Part shown: piece by piece, positions 1-12,059 of the stretch | Position numbering within the stretch: position 1 is the first letter of the stretch | Layout: each line of letters starts with the position of its first letter | Assembly: GCA_013239625.1 (NCBI GenBank) | Contig: MU053881.1 | Location: 682,001-746,000, forward strand | Direction of reading: 5' to 3' | From: Lama guanicoe | Taxonomy: Eukaryota | DNA: 64,000 bases | Translations under genes and position numbers: made by a program | Notes under the pieces: generated by a model | What the model was told of the DNA's origin: nothing | The model's database searches: none | Seen by the model: the letters and a program-made list of their open reading frames with translations, nothing else

Positions 1-1779
1 AAGCTGTGCTCTCTCTCCAAGTCAAAATCCTATCTAGGAAGGCAAGGACTCTCTCCCCCTTGGAACTGAAGGAACCACCAAAACAGAAAATGCCGCTGTG
101 TTCTTAGTGACACTGATCTCCTGTTCTTAAGACCCCACTCCAAAGGCCAAAGGGCTCACCTAGAATCACTTGGAGACTGAAGTGAAAAGGGTCCCTCTTC
201 CTAGTAGGGAGGGGGAAGAGCACTTCCATTCTAAAGTTTAAACTCATGAAATCCAAGGGTCAAGGTCTAATGTGATAAGACATCAACATAACATGGCACA
301 CCTGATCAGGCTCCGACACCCAAAGGAATGACTGACAGGCCAGACTCAAGTTCTAACACACACACAATTAATTTTTCTTCAAACAGCATGCCCAATTTCT
401 CTCAAATAGTTTAGGATAAAAATATAACAGAGTCTAAATTCTTGCTCTCTATAAACAATTTGAATCACTACTAATATACTTTCTAGGAGGTGTTCAAGGC
501 AACTATTTGTGTGTAAAATTAAGATTTTTTTTATGAGCTTTCATTACTTAATTGGAATGACACCCACAACTCAGTCTTTCCTTTGACTGAGTCAAACCCC
601 TCCCTGTCTCCCAGGGGTTACAATCTAGTTGGCAAGACATGACCTTAAGTAGTATGTGACTATGTTCTTAAAATAAATATCACAGACAATACATTTCCTA
701 AAGGTTTTGACAAAGGAGATTCTAACTGCTGGGGGGTAGGGTGGTCAGAAACTAGCGTCAAAGAGGAAGATGAGCTGGACCTGAAGGGTAGCAGGGTTCT
801 GAAAGGTGAATGGGGAGAGGGTCCTGCAGGCAGCCTTTTCATTTATGAAATATTTTCACATCCACATTCATTTCTTTTGAGTCCTATAAGAATCTTAGAG
901 GATAAGAAGCCAAATACACCCTCAGTTCACAGATGAAAACTGTGAGGACAAGAAGACTTGACTATATGAGACTTGATAACAATAAACAATGAAATGTCCA
1001 GCAGCCCAGGCTAGTGTCAGAGTGAATAAGGAAAATAATTCAACCGGAGCATAGGACCTGTGAGGGACATAGAATTTAGAGGGAGAAAAAGACTAAACGC
1101 CTAGACTAGTTAGGGAAGATACTCCAATAGCCCAGGTGAGAGGTAATGAAGGCATGAATTAAACAACACACAAAACCAATTAAGTTGATAACATGTGTTC
1201 TAAACTTTAAACTACCAAGAAAACAACAACAAAAAAAAACCCCCATCACTTTCAGGGAGGAAAATCTCTAACCAACAAGTTTCCCGGATATCTACCCAAA
1301 ACACACTCGGACATCATCAGAGACTTTAAACAAGCTTATAATTAAAACTGGAATTGTCAAAAATATTGCTCGAATTACAAGTTCACAAATTTCAGGGTTG
1401 CCTTAACAAAGAATACCTTCGTACCACTCAATGAGCAGTACCATGCCTTCACTAAGATTTCCAAAAATTCTAGGATTTTCCATTCAGAACAGTTGGATTT
1501 GGTCAACTGGAGCCCGTCTTACTTCCATATTTACAGCTCTGACTCTGCAAAGTGCAAGGACCCAATGGACGTTTGCGGAATAAATGAGGCCACTATCACA
1601 GGCAATTTTAACGCCAGCCTGTTCTAAAAATAAAGCTCTCAAAATTTCGGAATCGAGTCTGGAAGGAAAACCTTTCACGACGGTCCGCCAGCCTTCCCAG
1701 CCCTTCATGTAAGGTCCTTAGGTCATGTTTTCCCAAAGTAACGCCGCCGAGCCATCCCCCGCAGATGACAAGCGCTGCG

Positions 1780-2960
1780 TCCCTGACAAGTTAGCCAGAC
1801 CCGAGGAGGACGGCTCAGGGGACCCCGGGCGGCGTCGGGGCAGCGTCTCCGGGGACGGGGCTTCTCCCCGAGCCCTACTCACCGCGACGGGGCGGCCGTG
1901 CGCGGGGCCGTCGGCGGCGTCGAGGCGCGGGGCCGGGGCGGGCGCCGGGGCCGGGGCCGGCGCGGGCGGCTGCCGGTGCTTGCCGGCGCGCTTTGCCTTG
2001 GCCTGGATGCAGCGCTGGTGCAGGGCGAAGGTGTGCTGGCGCTCGAGCTCCAGGCGCTCGGGCGAGACGGCCTCGTAGCGGGCCTCGCAGGTGCTGTGGT
2101 GGCGCCGGCACAGCTCGATGCGCCGGCGGAGGCGCTCCATGACGGCGCTGTGCCGCGGCAGCGCGAACTCCGCCATCGGGCAGGTGGGCAGCACCATGGG
2201 CCGCGGGCTGCACGGGCCGGGCCCGAGGCGGGCCTCTCGGGGCCGGCCGGCACTGCGGACTCCGCTCCCCGCTGGCGGCCCGGCCGCCTCACGGCCACGC
2301 CATGGCCCCGCGAGCTGCGGAGCGGGCTCGCGCGCGGCGGCGGGTCTTCCTCTGGCCCTGCTCGGCCCAGCCCGGGCAGGCGCTCGCTGCCCACCTCAGG
2401 CCTCGGCCTGGCCCCGCCGCCCCGGCCCCATTGTTTTCCGCGCCGCCGCCGCCGCCATCTTAAAATTGTTTTCGGGGCTCTCGGAAGAGGGCGGGGCCCC
2501 GGCAGGCGACCGCGGCGTCACGGCTGACGAACAGGGACTGCAGCCAATCGGAGGAGGAGGAGCGGGCCGCCCGAGGGGCGGGGGCGAACACGCAGAGGGC
2601 GCGCTGGGGCTCCCTTGCGGAGTTTAAAAGGAACTCAAGTGAGAGGCGGGGGGAGCGGCTGGGCGGGCTTCAGGCCTGGGCCCCGGTCCCAGCGTGACCG
2701 ACGGGAGCCGGCTCTCAGCGCCGCCGCCTCACGCGGGCCGGCCCTTCCGGGTCCGCGGAGGGAAGCGGGCGGTGGCAGTGCGCAGCCCCGGGCGGCCGCC
2801 GGGCCCGGCGGCGCCTCCCCATCGTCTTCTACAGCGCCTTTAACTCGGCCCTGACGAGCTCCGGAGGCGCCCCGCTGTTCCGGCGTCAGCTGTTCTCCCA
2901 CCTCATTGCTCACGTTTGGCGGCACAGGCGGCCGGAGTCATGCAGGGCCGAGCTGGAGTG
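1780..2960. promoter_or_regulatory. MAML1: CpG island and promoter of MAML1
   Basis: Very GC- and CpG-rich block over exon 1. YY1-type motif GCCGCCATCTT at 2451-2461, CCAAT at 2544-2548, several GGGCGG GC boxes. Boundaries approximate. Confidence 0.9.
1883..2197 (-). CDS. MAML1: Mastermind-like protein 1, coding exon 1 (105 codons, N-terminal Notch/CSL-binding helix); the rest of the gene lies beyond the window's left edge
   Basis: Translates MVLPTCPMAEFALPRHSAVMERLRRRIELCRRHHSTCEARYEAVSPERLELERQHTFALHQRCIQAKAKRAGKH..., the MAML1 N-terminus. ATG at 2197 in gcccATGg context. Exon ends at a GCG|GTGAGT donor (GT at 1882-1881), phase 0. Confidence 0.97.
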
Positions 2961-3119
2961 CTTTCCTCTGGCGCTACTGAGTCACGGAGCCTGTGCTGGG
3001 CCGAGAGGTTTAAGGAACGGGTGCTGGCACCCTGACTGCTGGGAAGTTAAACAGGTGCCAAGAACTGCACAGTGACAGCCATCGCCAACAAGAGCGCCGA
3101 TATTTGTGACAATAACTGT

Positions 3120-6115
3120 TTACTAGGCCAATGAAGATGTTTTATTTTAAAATCAGAAGAAAACAAACTGAGTCCTCATTTAAATAGTATTTGCTTTTAT
3201 ACAAAGGTAGTCAAAACAAAAAATTCAAGTGGCCCGCTAAGGCAAGTAAGTGCTTATCCCATGAGTGCGGTAAACACGGTCCTGGCTGTTACCGTTCTTC
3301 AAAGACAAATTTTACACCAGAATTAAATTATTTCTTTTCTAATAGAAAAGGTAACAGTAAGTAGGGGCGGTACGCTTTGTGTACTTCTCTTTAGTAAGCA
3401 ATTCAAAAGCCTAATCCTGCGTAAAAGAAAGTTCTGGTCCAACTTTCAAAAATATCCCTGAAATATGTAAGAATTCATGCAAAAGATGGAGTCTGATTTT
3501 GAACAAAGATTTTCTAATAAAAATTTAAAAGTTCAATGGTTCCCCAAAATCTCAAAGAATATTATCTACAAATTACCCCGCCCTTTTCTGAGCCGCTATC
3601 CCTGTTATACAACTGAAACTACTGAACCCCATTTCAGCAGGAAAAGGAGGCAAAGCCTACACTGAATTAGACTGGATCAAATCCACTTGGTGAGATGATG
3701 TAATTATTTCACCGTCCTTAATAGTTTCTGCGTTAGGAAACTCATGTAGTAGCAAAGATTATTAATGCACAACTGAAACAGTACAACGCGCGAACGGAAC
3801 GTTACTATGAAGAAGTTCAGTCAAAAGCAGACGCTTAACACAGGGCTTTAATGTAATACCATTTTGTAACACGACAATTTGAGAAAAAGTGTAGAGTATT
3901 TTATGGATAAGAGAAATTGAGGAACACATCTGATGGAGTGGGCATTTTACAACAATGGGACAGATAACCAGCATGTAAAATCATAATGCAAGTGCCTTTT
4001 AAAGAACTGAACACTGCTGCTGATCATTCATTGTGTCAGACTTCTGATCAGGAGGCTGCACCTTCAACAGAGAGTGAAAAAAAGAACCAAAAAGGACTTT
4101 CCTTTTTTCTGGGCAAATGTTTCTGAATTACCCTGGAAAGGCAAATGAACAGTCTGTTGATATACACCTGTCATTCCACAGCTCAGCTGGAAGAAACTGT
4201 AAGGGAGGCATGAAATCTAACGTCAAAGGAGAGTGAAAAAGGCAGATTTCTGGAAATGCAATGATCCCACACACTTGCTTCAAGGAGAAACCTGCAGACG
4301 TATTTTCAGGTCTTGCTAAGTAACTGTTTATTTGCACTCAATACATTTGGGAAAGTCAGCTACATAGCTAAGGTGACTGTGACCACAGAACGACAGATGA
4401 AAAGGATTAAAGCACTGAACAGCAAGAAAAATGCATCCCACCCTCATATGAATTTAAGTGAACCAGTAAAAAGTTGAAGATAAACAAAATAAACAGACAC
4501 AGCCTTCATCTTTTACAAATATACTTCCTCCCCAATATCTCCCCAATATAAACACTCTGGAGTGTTTATATATTCAGTGCAAGGAACAGTATCATCGGTA
4601 CATTTGAAACACCTCTGAAGAATAAAGCTAAAACAACATCTAATTCTGAATACATTTCAGTGTGGTGTAATAATGATATTATTACATTAGAATAATGGGG
4701 AGAGGCTCTGATAGCACCCATCTGCATTCCACATGGAAAAAAAAACAAATCTAAGATCTTTTGTTAAAAATTTTACAAGCCACATAGTTTAAAAAAAAGA
4801 GGACTGCTTTATCATGTAATTTAAGACACAACTGTTACATGAACTGCAAATGATGACTTAAAAGGATTAGCAGCTACAAAAATTAGAAAACTCATGCTCC
4901 TCCCATAAATACTTTTAGCCTGCGCTCAATCATAGTCAATTTTGAATTGGCTTACCTCTGGGTTAGACTTCTGCAGTCTTTACACAGAGTAAAAGAAATG
5001 CATAAAAATGCAAGATAGTATTGTGTCTTGTACTTTGACCCTGGAAAGGTGTGGGTCTGCTTAACGAAGGAAGAAGAAACATACACGTAATCACAATAAA
5101 GCTTAACGTTATGCAAAGCTTATTAATAATTTTCAGCAACGGACTTGCAGGCTGTGCTGTGAAGACAATGCATAGCAGAGGGGAAAGCTGGGGGTCTGGG
5201 GACACAGGGAGGGGAAACAGTGTCAACATAGTGGCTGATGTGATGAAAACACCTCCATCTACTCTGGAGCTCACGTGCCCTGGTAGCGTTCCTTAAAAAG
5301 CCACCTGCTTGAGAAGGCTGGAGCCCAGACACTCCCGGTGTGTGAAGCCTGAACGCCCGAGTGCCGCATTATGCCACCTCCTCCACGAACTGCATAGCTG
5401 TCTGGGAACTGAGCTGTTCCAAGGGCAACAGAACACACTTTATGGTCTAACCAACATCAAGTGAAAAGTTTTTTTCTTTTTGTATGTCTATTTTTAATAC
5501 AACTTAAACAGAACCTTTATATAAATTTGGGCTTCCACCCAATTCCTCGCTTCAATTTCCTTAGGAGGAATTGAATAATGGAAGGAAAACAAGATTATAA
5601 CTACAAATGACTGTACTTTAAACATGATTATCAATTTTAAGGGACAGAGACACTTGAATGTTTTGTAATACCAAACTTAAAGAACAAAATCAGTTATAAA
5701 AACTGCAAATTCATCCCTCTAGCATTTTTAAAGGTTGATGTTATTTCTGCATGGACAAATTAACACATTAAATTAAGCCAAGATTTTTAAAGACTGGTAA
5801 AGTCCTATCACTCTATTTTAAAAAACAAAGATATTTAAAAACAAAAAAATACAAGTTAGTTGCTTCATGTTACATTTCACAACCATGTTAAATGCTTTCT
5901 TTCTACAGAAACAGGATCCTTTATGTCACAACTGCAATTATTTACTGCTAGATGTTTAAAATTACAAGGGCTAGTGTTCAACTGGAACCTGCTGATGGTG
6001 ACGCCTGGAGGTTTTCTGAGTTTCAATCTAAGTTGTGTCAGGTCCTCTCCTAGGACCCACACTTGCAGGGGAAGGGGAGGGAGAGGAAGTCACAGATCAA
6101 GTTCTTAAGACTGTT
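3120..6115 (-). other. CANX: CANX 3' UTR (~3 kb) with tandem polyadenylation signals
   Basis: Follows the TGA at 6116-6118. Minus-strand signals: ATTAAA at 5493-5498, AATAAA at 4327-4332 and AATAAA at 3141-3146, the last followed by GU-rich sequence. The actual cleavage sites are inferred. Confidence 0.75.
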
Positions 6116-6169
6116 TCACTCTCTTCGAGGCTTTCTGTTTCTTGGTGATCTGTTCAAAATTTCATCCTC
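6116..6169 (-). CDS. CANX: Calnexin exon 15 (last coding exon; EDEILNRSPRNRKPRRE-stop)
   Basis: Acceptor ttttcaacAG. Encodes the calnexin C-terminal RKPRRE ER-retention tail. 54 nt. Confidence 0.97.
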   Translation of the reverse strand, partial: EDEILNRSPRNRKPRRE

Positions 6170-6839
6170 CTGTTGAAAAAACAAAAAATTCAATATAATT
6201 AGTATTAAAAAAAAAGTTAAAATTCACCAAGTTTTCATCAGCCAAGCTGAGTATAACCCATCTGAGGAAAAAACAAGAAAAGAAAAATGATTAGAAGAAA
6301 ATGAATGCACCAAAGACAGTGACTGTCTCAGAGGTGGTGGGACTGTGTGTGTTCTTATTTTGTCTGTTTCCCATAAACATGCACTTTTCTCAATCTAACC
6401 CATAAACATTTTTTTTAAAAAAGGACCAGACACCAGGCTTTCACGTGTTATCTTGATTAATCCTGAATACTGGCCTGTGAACACATTAGCCCTATTTTAA
6501 GGCTGAGAAAGATTCATGAGGGCAAAAGGCTATCCAAGCCGAGTCTCATAAAACATTCAAGACTACAAGCCAACAGTGTAGAGATTTCTTATTGTGCAAG
6601 GAAGATTGGAGAATATAAAAACATATGTGAGACTGGTCCCTACCTGAAAGAACTCTGCATTCTCATTGAGACAGAATATATCCATTGAAATATAAACAGC
6701 ACTGAGCTTTACCAATAGGAGGGCAGAGCTGTCATAGCTGGAAGTGGAAACTCAGTAGAGTTTTCCAGGAAGGATCAGAATGAAAACAGAGAAGTGCTTG
6801 GAAAAGGAACCCTGGGAAGAAAGGTGTGGACTCTTCTTT

Positions 6840-7540
6840 TCCTCATGCCTCATACCCAACCCACCAGAGCAGAAGCTCACATCGCTCTCTCCTATCACCC
6901 TGCTCAGAGCCACCAGCCCTCGCCTGGGTTATTACAGCAGCCTCCTAACCAGGCTCCTTGATTCTCTCTAGTCTGTAGGAAACACAGCAGCCAGAGTAAC
7001 CAAATCTGGCCACTCCTTTGCCCCAAAGCCTGCAGTGACTGTCCATTTCACTAGGAGGAAAAGCCAAGTGCACGTAACAGCCTAGGAGGCCCCACATAAT
7101 CTGGCACCTTCCCCATGTGCCTCTTCCCCCTCCTCTCAACCTGCTGGCCACAACTGGCCTTCCAGATGAGCACTGCAGGCCCCAGGCCGGCATTCTCTCC
7201 GCCAGGGATGCTCTTTCCGGGGCTCCCTGGCAAGGTTCTTTATCTCTTTCAAGCCTCTGTTGAAATGTCACCTCTCCACTGAGCTCTACCCACCATCTTT
7301 AACACTGCAACCCAGCCCACCTCCAGCACGCCAATACCTTTTCCTGTCCTGCTTTTATTTTTCAAAGCCCACTGCTTTTTAACATTACTGTTCATTTACT
7401 TCCTTATAATGTCTACTGCTCACTGTCTTCCTTCCACTAGAATTTAACCTCCCCAAAGGTAGGGTCTCTTTGTCTTGTTCATTAACAATGCCTGGCACAT
7501 AATGGGTACTTCACAAATATTTACTGAGTGAATGAATGAA
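6840..7540. mobile_element. L2 remnant in CANX intron 14
   Basis: Ends with the L2 3' motif aatgcctggcacataatgggtacttcacaaatatttactgagtgaatgaatgaa. Confidence 0.6.
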
Positions 7541-7938
7541 AGAATCCATCGGCAAGAGGGACAACAATTTTAAAATGCAGTTATTGGTGCAAGAAATATT
7601 TTTTAAGGGCACAGCGAGGAGAGGCAGATGAGACAGAACGGTAAAACAATAACCTGAAGCTGCCATCTCAGAAAGCATTTTACTAGTTTCCCCTATAACC
7701 TCTGCTCATTACAGAAAGCCATTTTCAGCACAGAAAATACTTTTGAGATTCAGATGTAATCTGGGACTATAAAATGTCGGCCTACATCGCAAAGAAGTCC
7801 AATTTTACAAAATTGACTGTAACAGAATTTTTACTGCCACTGCCATCGAAAATTACCCTATGAAAAATACTCTCGACTTAAATGTACCTTCACCTGAGTT
7901 GCTTGAAATACAAAATATACTCTCCCCCTTTCTGTTAC

Positions 7939-8018
7939 CTCTGCTTTAGGTGTCCTGTCTTCCTCCTCTTGACTGACAGCGCCACCATCTCCTTCAGCAT
8001 CACTCTTCTGCTTCTCTT
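7939..8018 (-). CDS. CANX: Calnexin exon 14 (EEKQKSDAEGDGGAVSQEEEDRTPKAE)
   Basis: AG/GT boundaries, 80 nt. Acidic cytosolic tail with CK2-type serines. Confidence 0.96.
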
Positions 8019-8198
8019 CTAAGACAGAAGTCAAAGTAAGATGACTGAGCAAAACCTTACACTTCTTTTTGGTAGTTAACAAGTAAGTATTAGCAGACAC
8101 CTCAGGTCTAAAACAATCTCGACAGTAACTTGCTTCTAAGGGTTTGCAATATCTTAGGGTGTTGGACTGCAGCAGGTATTCTGGGGTCTCCTTCTTAC

Positions 8199-8325
8199 CA
8201 AGTTTCTCTTCACCTTCCTCCTCTTCATCTCCCTTTTCCTTTTCCTCTTCCTTTTCTTCTTCTTCCTCCTTCACATCTGGTTGAGGAGCATCAGTCTTCT
8301 TGTACTCCATAGGACTGGCCTGTTT
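8199..8325 (-). CDS. CANX: Calnexin exon 13 (KQASPMEYKKTDAPQPDVKEEEEEKEEE...)
   Basis: AG/GT boundaries, 127 nt, frame consistent with neighbouring exons. Confidence 0.96.
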
Positions 8326-9219
8326 CTGAAACATTCCCCCAAAGCACAACAGTTTTGTTCACATTTTTATGTATGACGTTACCATATAATTATCAAATGC
8401 CTATGAGCAAAGTTCTGTACCAGGCAAACACTGAGGGAGGTAGATAGAAATGAGTAAGACGGAATTCCTGCCTGAGAGCTTCTTCCCCCGTGAGCACGTG
8501 TTGGCTCAAGGGAGAAGGAACAGTACGAGCAAGGGGTCGGGCAGGAATGTGCAGGTCTAACCAGTCAGGTGACTGAGGCACAGACACACAGAACAGGGAT
8601 GGGGATAAGGCTGGGAAAGGAAGACTGGATCAGGTTACAAAACTTCTCGAACATAAGGTGAAGCATGATCCTCACTTAATAGAAGCAGAGAGCCCAAGCA
8701 AAATTTTCTTTTTCTTTTTCTTTTTTAATTGCATATAACAAAGGCTAAACAAGAAAAACTGAAGTAAGTGTGTATTACCACTACATGTGTTTTCTGACAG
8801 CGGGGATAGGGATGCTGAGGAAGGAACACACCATGAGAAATCAAAGGCTGTATTCCAAAGTATATAACATAGAAACAGCCATGCCAGGAAGAAACGCTGG
8901 TTTGTGCCCAGATGGCTAGGTAGACACCTAAGTCGTCTTTTTTCTTTTCGTCCAGAAGGCTGCTGCCAAATGTAAAGGGAAGTAAGACAATGGCTAATAC
9001 TGTGAGAAACTGAGGGGCTAACAAATCCCACTCCCTTCTGGGCACAGTAACTGGCCACTGAGAGTAGCGAACAAGGTGTCAGAAGTCAGCGCCACGTGTG
9101 GCCCAGTCACCACTGAGTTGCTACAAAGAAAACCTCAGGCAATATATCTTTAGTTATTTCTAATAACATAAGAATTAGTGAATCAAAGACAAAAACAAAG
9201 CGAAACCAACAACTCATAC

Positions 9220-9339
9220 CTTTCCAGAGCAGCAGAAGAGGATGACAAGGAACACAGGCAGAGCCACTGTCAGAATGTAGACCACCCAGAGCCACGGCCG
9301 CTCCTCGGCTGCCTCGAGCATCTGCCCCACTACACCTGG
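9220..9339 (-). CDS. CANX: Calnexin exon 12 (transmembrane helix and juxtamembrane CC: PGVVGQMLEAAEERPWLWVVYILTVALPVFLVILFCCSGK)
   Basis: AG/GT boundaries, 120 nt, manual translation. Confidence 0.97.
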
Positions 9340-10007
9340 CTGAGAAACAAGACGGCTGATATCAAGTTCCGGCTTCTGACCCCAAACACAGCCCGAGCTG
9401 CTCTACTGCGGAGTTACTGCACGGCACTGCTCAGGTGCCTTTTCCAAAGGATTCAAGATGAGATGTTCACATAGCGTAAAAAGGATGTGAAAGAAAAGCC
9501 TCAATTCTCCTCCTCTCCTTATCTTCAAGGTGATTTCCCTGTCTTAGGTGTGAAAGCTGGCTCCTTAATCACCTGCAACGGCTCCCAGGACCTCAGGGAC
9601 CAGGGAATGAAGAATTTCTTCGTATCGATGTCCCTGTCTCTCCAATTCCCAGCCTGGCCCATACACCCAATTATTTGAAAACTCCAGTTATTACATAAAC
9701 CAAGATTCAATATTTAAGACTGCACTAAAATATACCCTAAATGGCAAATTTTGTTAAATACATCTTAACACAATTAAAAAAAAATCCTATACACATAACA
9801 CAAATACAGACTCTCAAGCCATTACATATGCCTAATGAGATCAGGTCCCACACCCCAGTATCTTGCCCTTAGCAGACACAGGTCACACTCTTTATGCCAA
9901 CATTCCCAAATTAGGGAAAAGACAAATATTAGAGGATAGTTTTTCACAAAAGCAGCAATTAGTTACCTGTAATAAAAGATACAAATGCGTAAGAAGCCAG
10001 CACAAAC

Positions 10008-10223
10008 CTCAGCAGCCCCGTCAGCAGCTTTCTTCAGACCCCATCCATCACTGGCCCAGTCATCAACTACTCTTCGATCGCTACTTATGATAAAGTTGTC
10101 AAAAAAAATGTCCGAGGTCATAGACCACAGTTCTAAACCAATAGCAGTGAAAGGAGTCATTTTGAAAGGTTCCAGATCTTCAAAGAAATCCGGATTTGGT
10201 ATTTTCCGGGGTTTCCAGATTCC
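10008..10223 (-). CDS. CANX: Calnexin exon 11 ([20 protein letters not shown]...[18 protein letters not shown]...AAE)
   Basis: AG/GT boundaries, 216 nt, calnexin lectin-domain motifs. Confidence 0.97.
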
Positions 10224-11355
10224 CTAGAGAAAATATTTTAAAAAATCATTTCAGATAATGATCAACACACATTTATGGTGAACCTAAATAAGGATTAAGA
10301 TGGATTCTGCATGATCTGCAAGGGAAGTGCTGACTTTGTGAAACTTAACTGAGTAACAGGAGGACAACAGACACTGCTGATGCCTTTAAGGTGTATGGAC
10401 TCCCCACTGCTTTCAGCTTCTAGTATCATCCATGACCTTGATCCAAACCAACACTTTGCTCCGCTTGGCACATTCCAACAGCCTCTACTCTTATCAACTG
10501 CTAGTGGGAGTGGGGCCGTAAGTCAGCGGTGACTGAAAACGTACGTCATCTTCACCCAGACATTCCACTTCAGATGACTACCTAGAGAAATAGCTACCAG
10601 CGTACTCAGACACGTACAGGGATCATCACTGCGGCAAGGATTCTAAAACGGCAATTCACCCAAATGCTCATCAACAAAACAGCTATGCTGCAATTTTTAA
10701 TTTATCCTATTGACTGCAAAATTAAAAATACATTTAAAAACAGAAAAATATACATGTAATGTATACAAAGAGATACAGCCCTACACCTTACATTTTAAAG
10801 TGTGACAAAGTGGAAATTAATGATTTTAAATCATTTAACCAGGACAGAAACAGAATTGAGACCAGAATCTAAGTGGTCACACATCCATAGTAAACGTGAA
10901 GCTTTACAACATCCCCACCAGTATACTTACCATCTCATTTGAGCCTCAGTCAGTCTTTTTACAGTTGATACTGAGGTCAAGCAATGAGCTTACCTGTGGT
11001 CAGGGAGTCAACTCCCATCACAGTCCTCTATCCACCCCATCACAGAGATGGCCAATTTGGACCCTGTGGCTGTTGCATCCCTGCCCAATGGTAGCAGGGT
11101 ACCCAAATCACAAGTTTTCCATTTTTTGTTTCTTTGTTTTAAAACATAAATTACAGAGCAATTATGAAAGCTCTTCTTTCTAGTTTCATCTTTCAATGCT
11201 TAACACATTAAGTTCTCTCTCAATTTTGAAGTTTACTTTGTTTTTAATTCAATAGTTTGAATATAATGATCAACCTGGCAGCCTCACTGCAGAACAAACT
11301 TCTACCTGAACACAAAGAGATCAATGAAGCAACGCAACCACCAAGAGGCACAAAC

Positions 11356-11512
11356 CTGGTAGTTAGGATTGTCAATCATGGGAGGCTTCCATTTGCCCTT
11401 GTAACTAGGGTTGTCAATCATAGGTCGCTGCCAGACACCACACCCAGGGGCCGACTCACACTTGGGGTTGGCAATCTGAGGAGCCTCCCATTCCCCATCC
11501 ATATCTTCATCC
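11356..11512 (-). CDS. CANX: Calnexin exon 10 (P-domain: [27 protein letters not shown]...NPNYQ)
   Basis: AG/GT boundaries, 157 nt. Confidence 0.97.
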
Positions 11513-11806
11513 CTGTGGAGATATAAACAAGTTACAAATGGGTTCTGTCATGCAAGACAATGAAAAGCTGCCTGAGGGCTTCCCTGAAAAACTCCTACAG
11601 GGAAACTTTCACTATAGAGCATCATCATATTTCTGCATTTTCAGTAAAAACGGTTTTTCATGGGAGATGCATCAAAAAAAAGAGATGAAAATGTAATTAG
11701 TTTGTTGAGCTCTACACATAAGTTTGAGCACTTGGCTGTATTTAAGTACTGATTTTTACTTCAATTAAAAAAGCAGGTGATTTTAAACATGAACTAAAGC
11801 TCGTAC

Positions 11807-11920
11807 CAATCCTCTGGCTTCTCTGCGTCTGGATCAGGTACATATTCAGGCTCATCATCTAGCCAGCCTTCAGGCTTTGTGGCTTCTTCATCTGGAATCT
11901 TGGCAGGGGCGTCTTCATCC
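11807..11920 (-). CDS. CANX: Calnexin exon 9 (P-domain: [38 protein letters not shown])
   Basis: AG/GT boundaries, 114 nt. Confidence 0.97.
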
Positions 11921-12059
11921 CTTAAATACAACAGAAAAAGCCAATTACTGACAACACCGGCCAGACATTCACAATGTCGTCCCACTCTGTGAATCTTAAA
12001 CAGAGCAATCTAAAAATACTTAGGTCTTACCTGATCAAAAACCTTAAAATTCCTCCTAG

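Noticed and set aside
1725..2925. Several long overlapping ORFs (112-209 aa) on both strands around MAML1 exon 1
   Set aside because: Stop-codon scarcity in a CpG island. The products are low-complexity and Arg/Pro/Gly/Ala-rich with no recognisable domain.
5179..5215. G-quadruplex-like G-runs in the CANX 3' UTR region
   Set aside because: They lie on the strand opposite the mRNA, such motifs are common, and nothing else supports a function.
7858..8349. 163-aa ORF running through CANX exons 13-14
   Set aside because: It reflects the 180-nt stop-free intron 13. Canonical splice sites are present and retention cannot be shown from sequence alone.
10985..11110. Possible cryptic exon in CANX intron 10 ending at CAG|GTAAGC
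   Set aside because: The donor is good but there is no convincing upstream polypyrimidine tract or acceptor.
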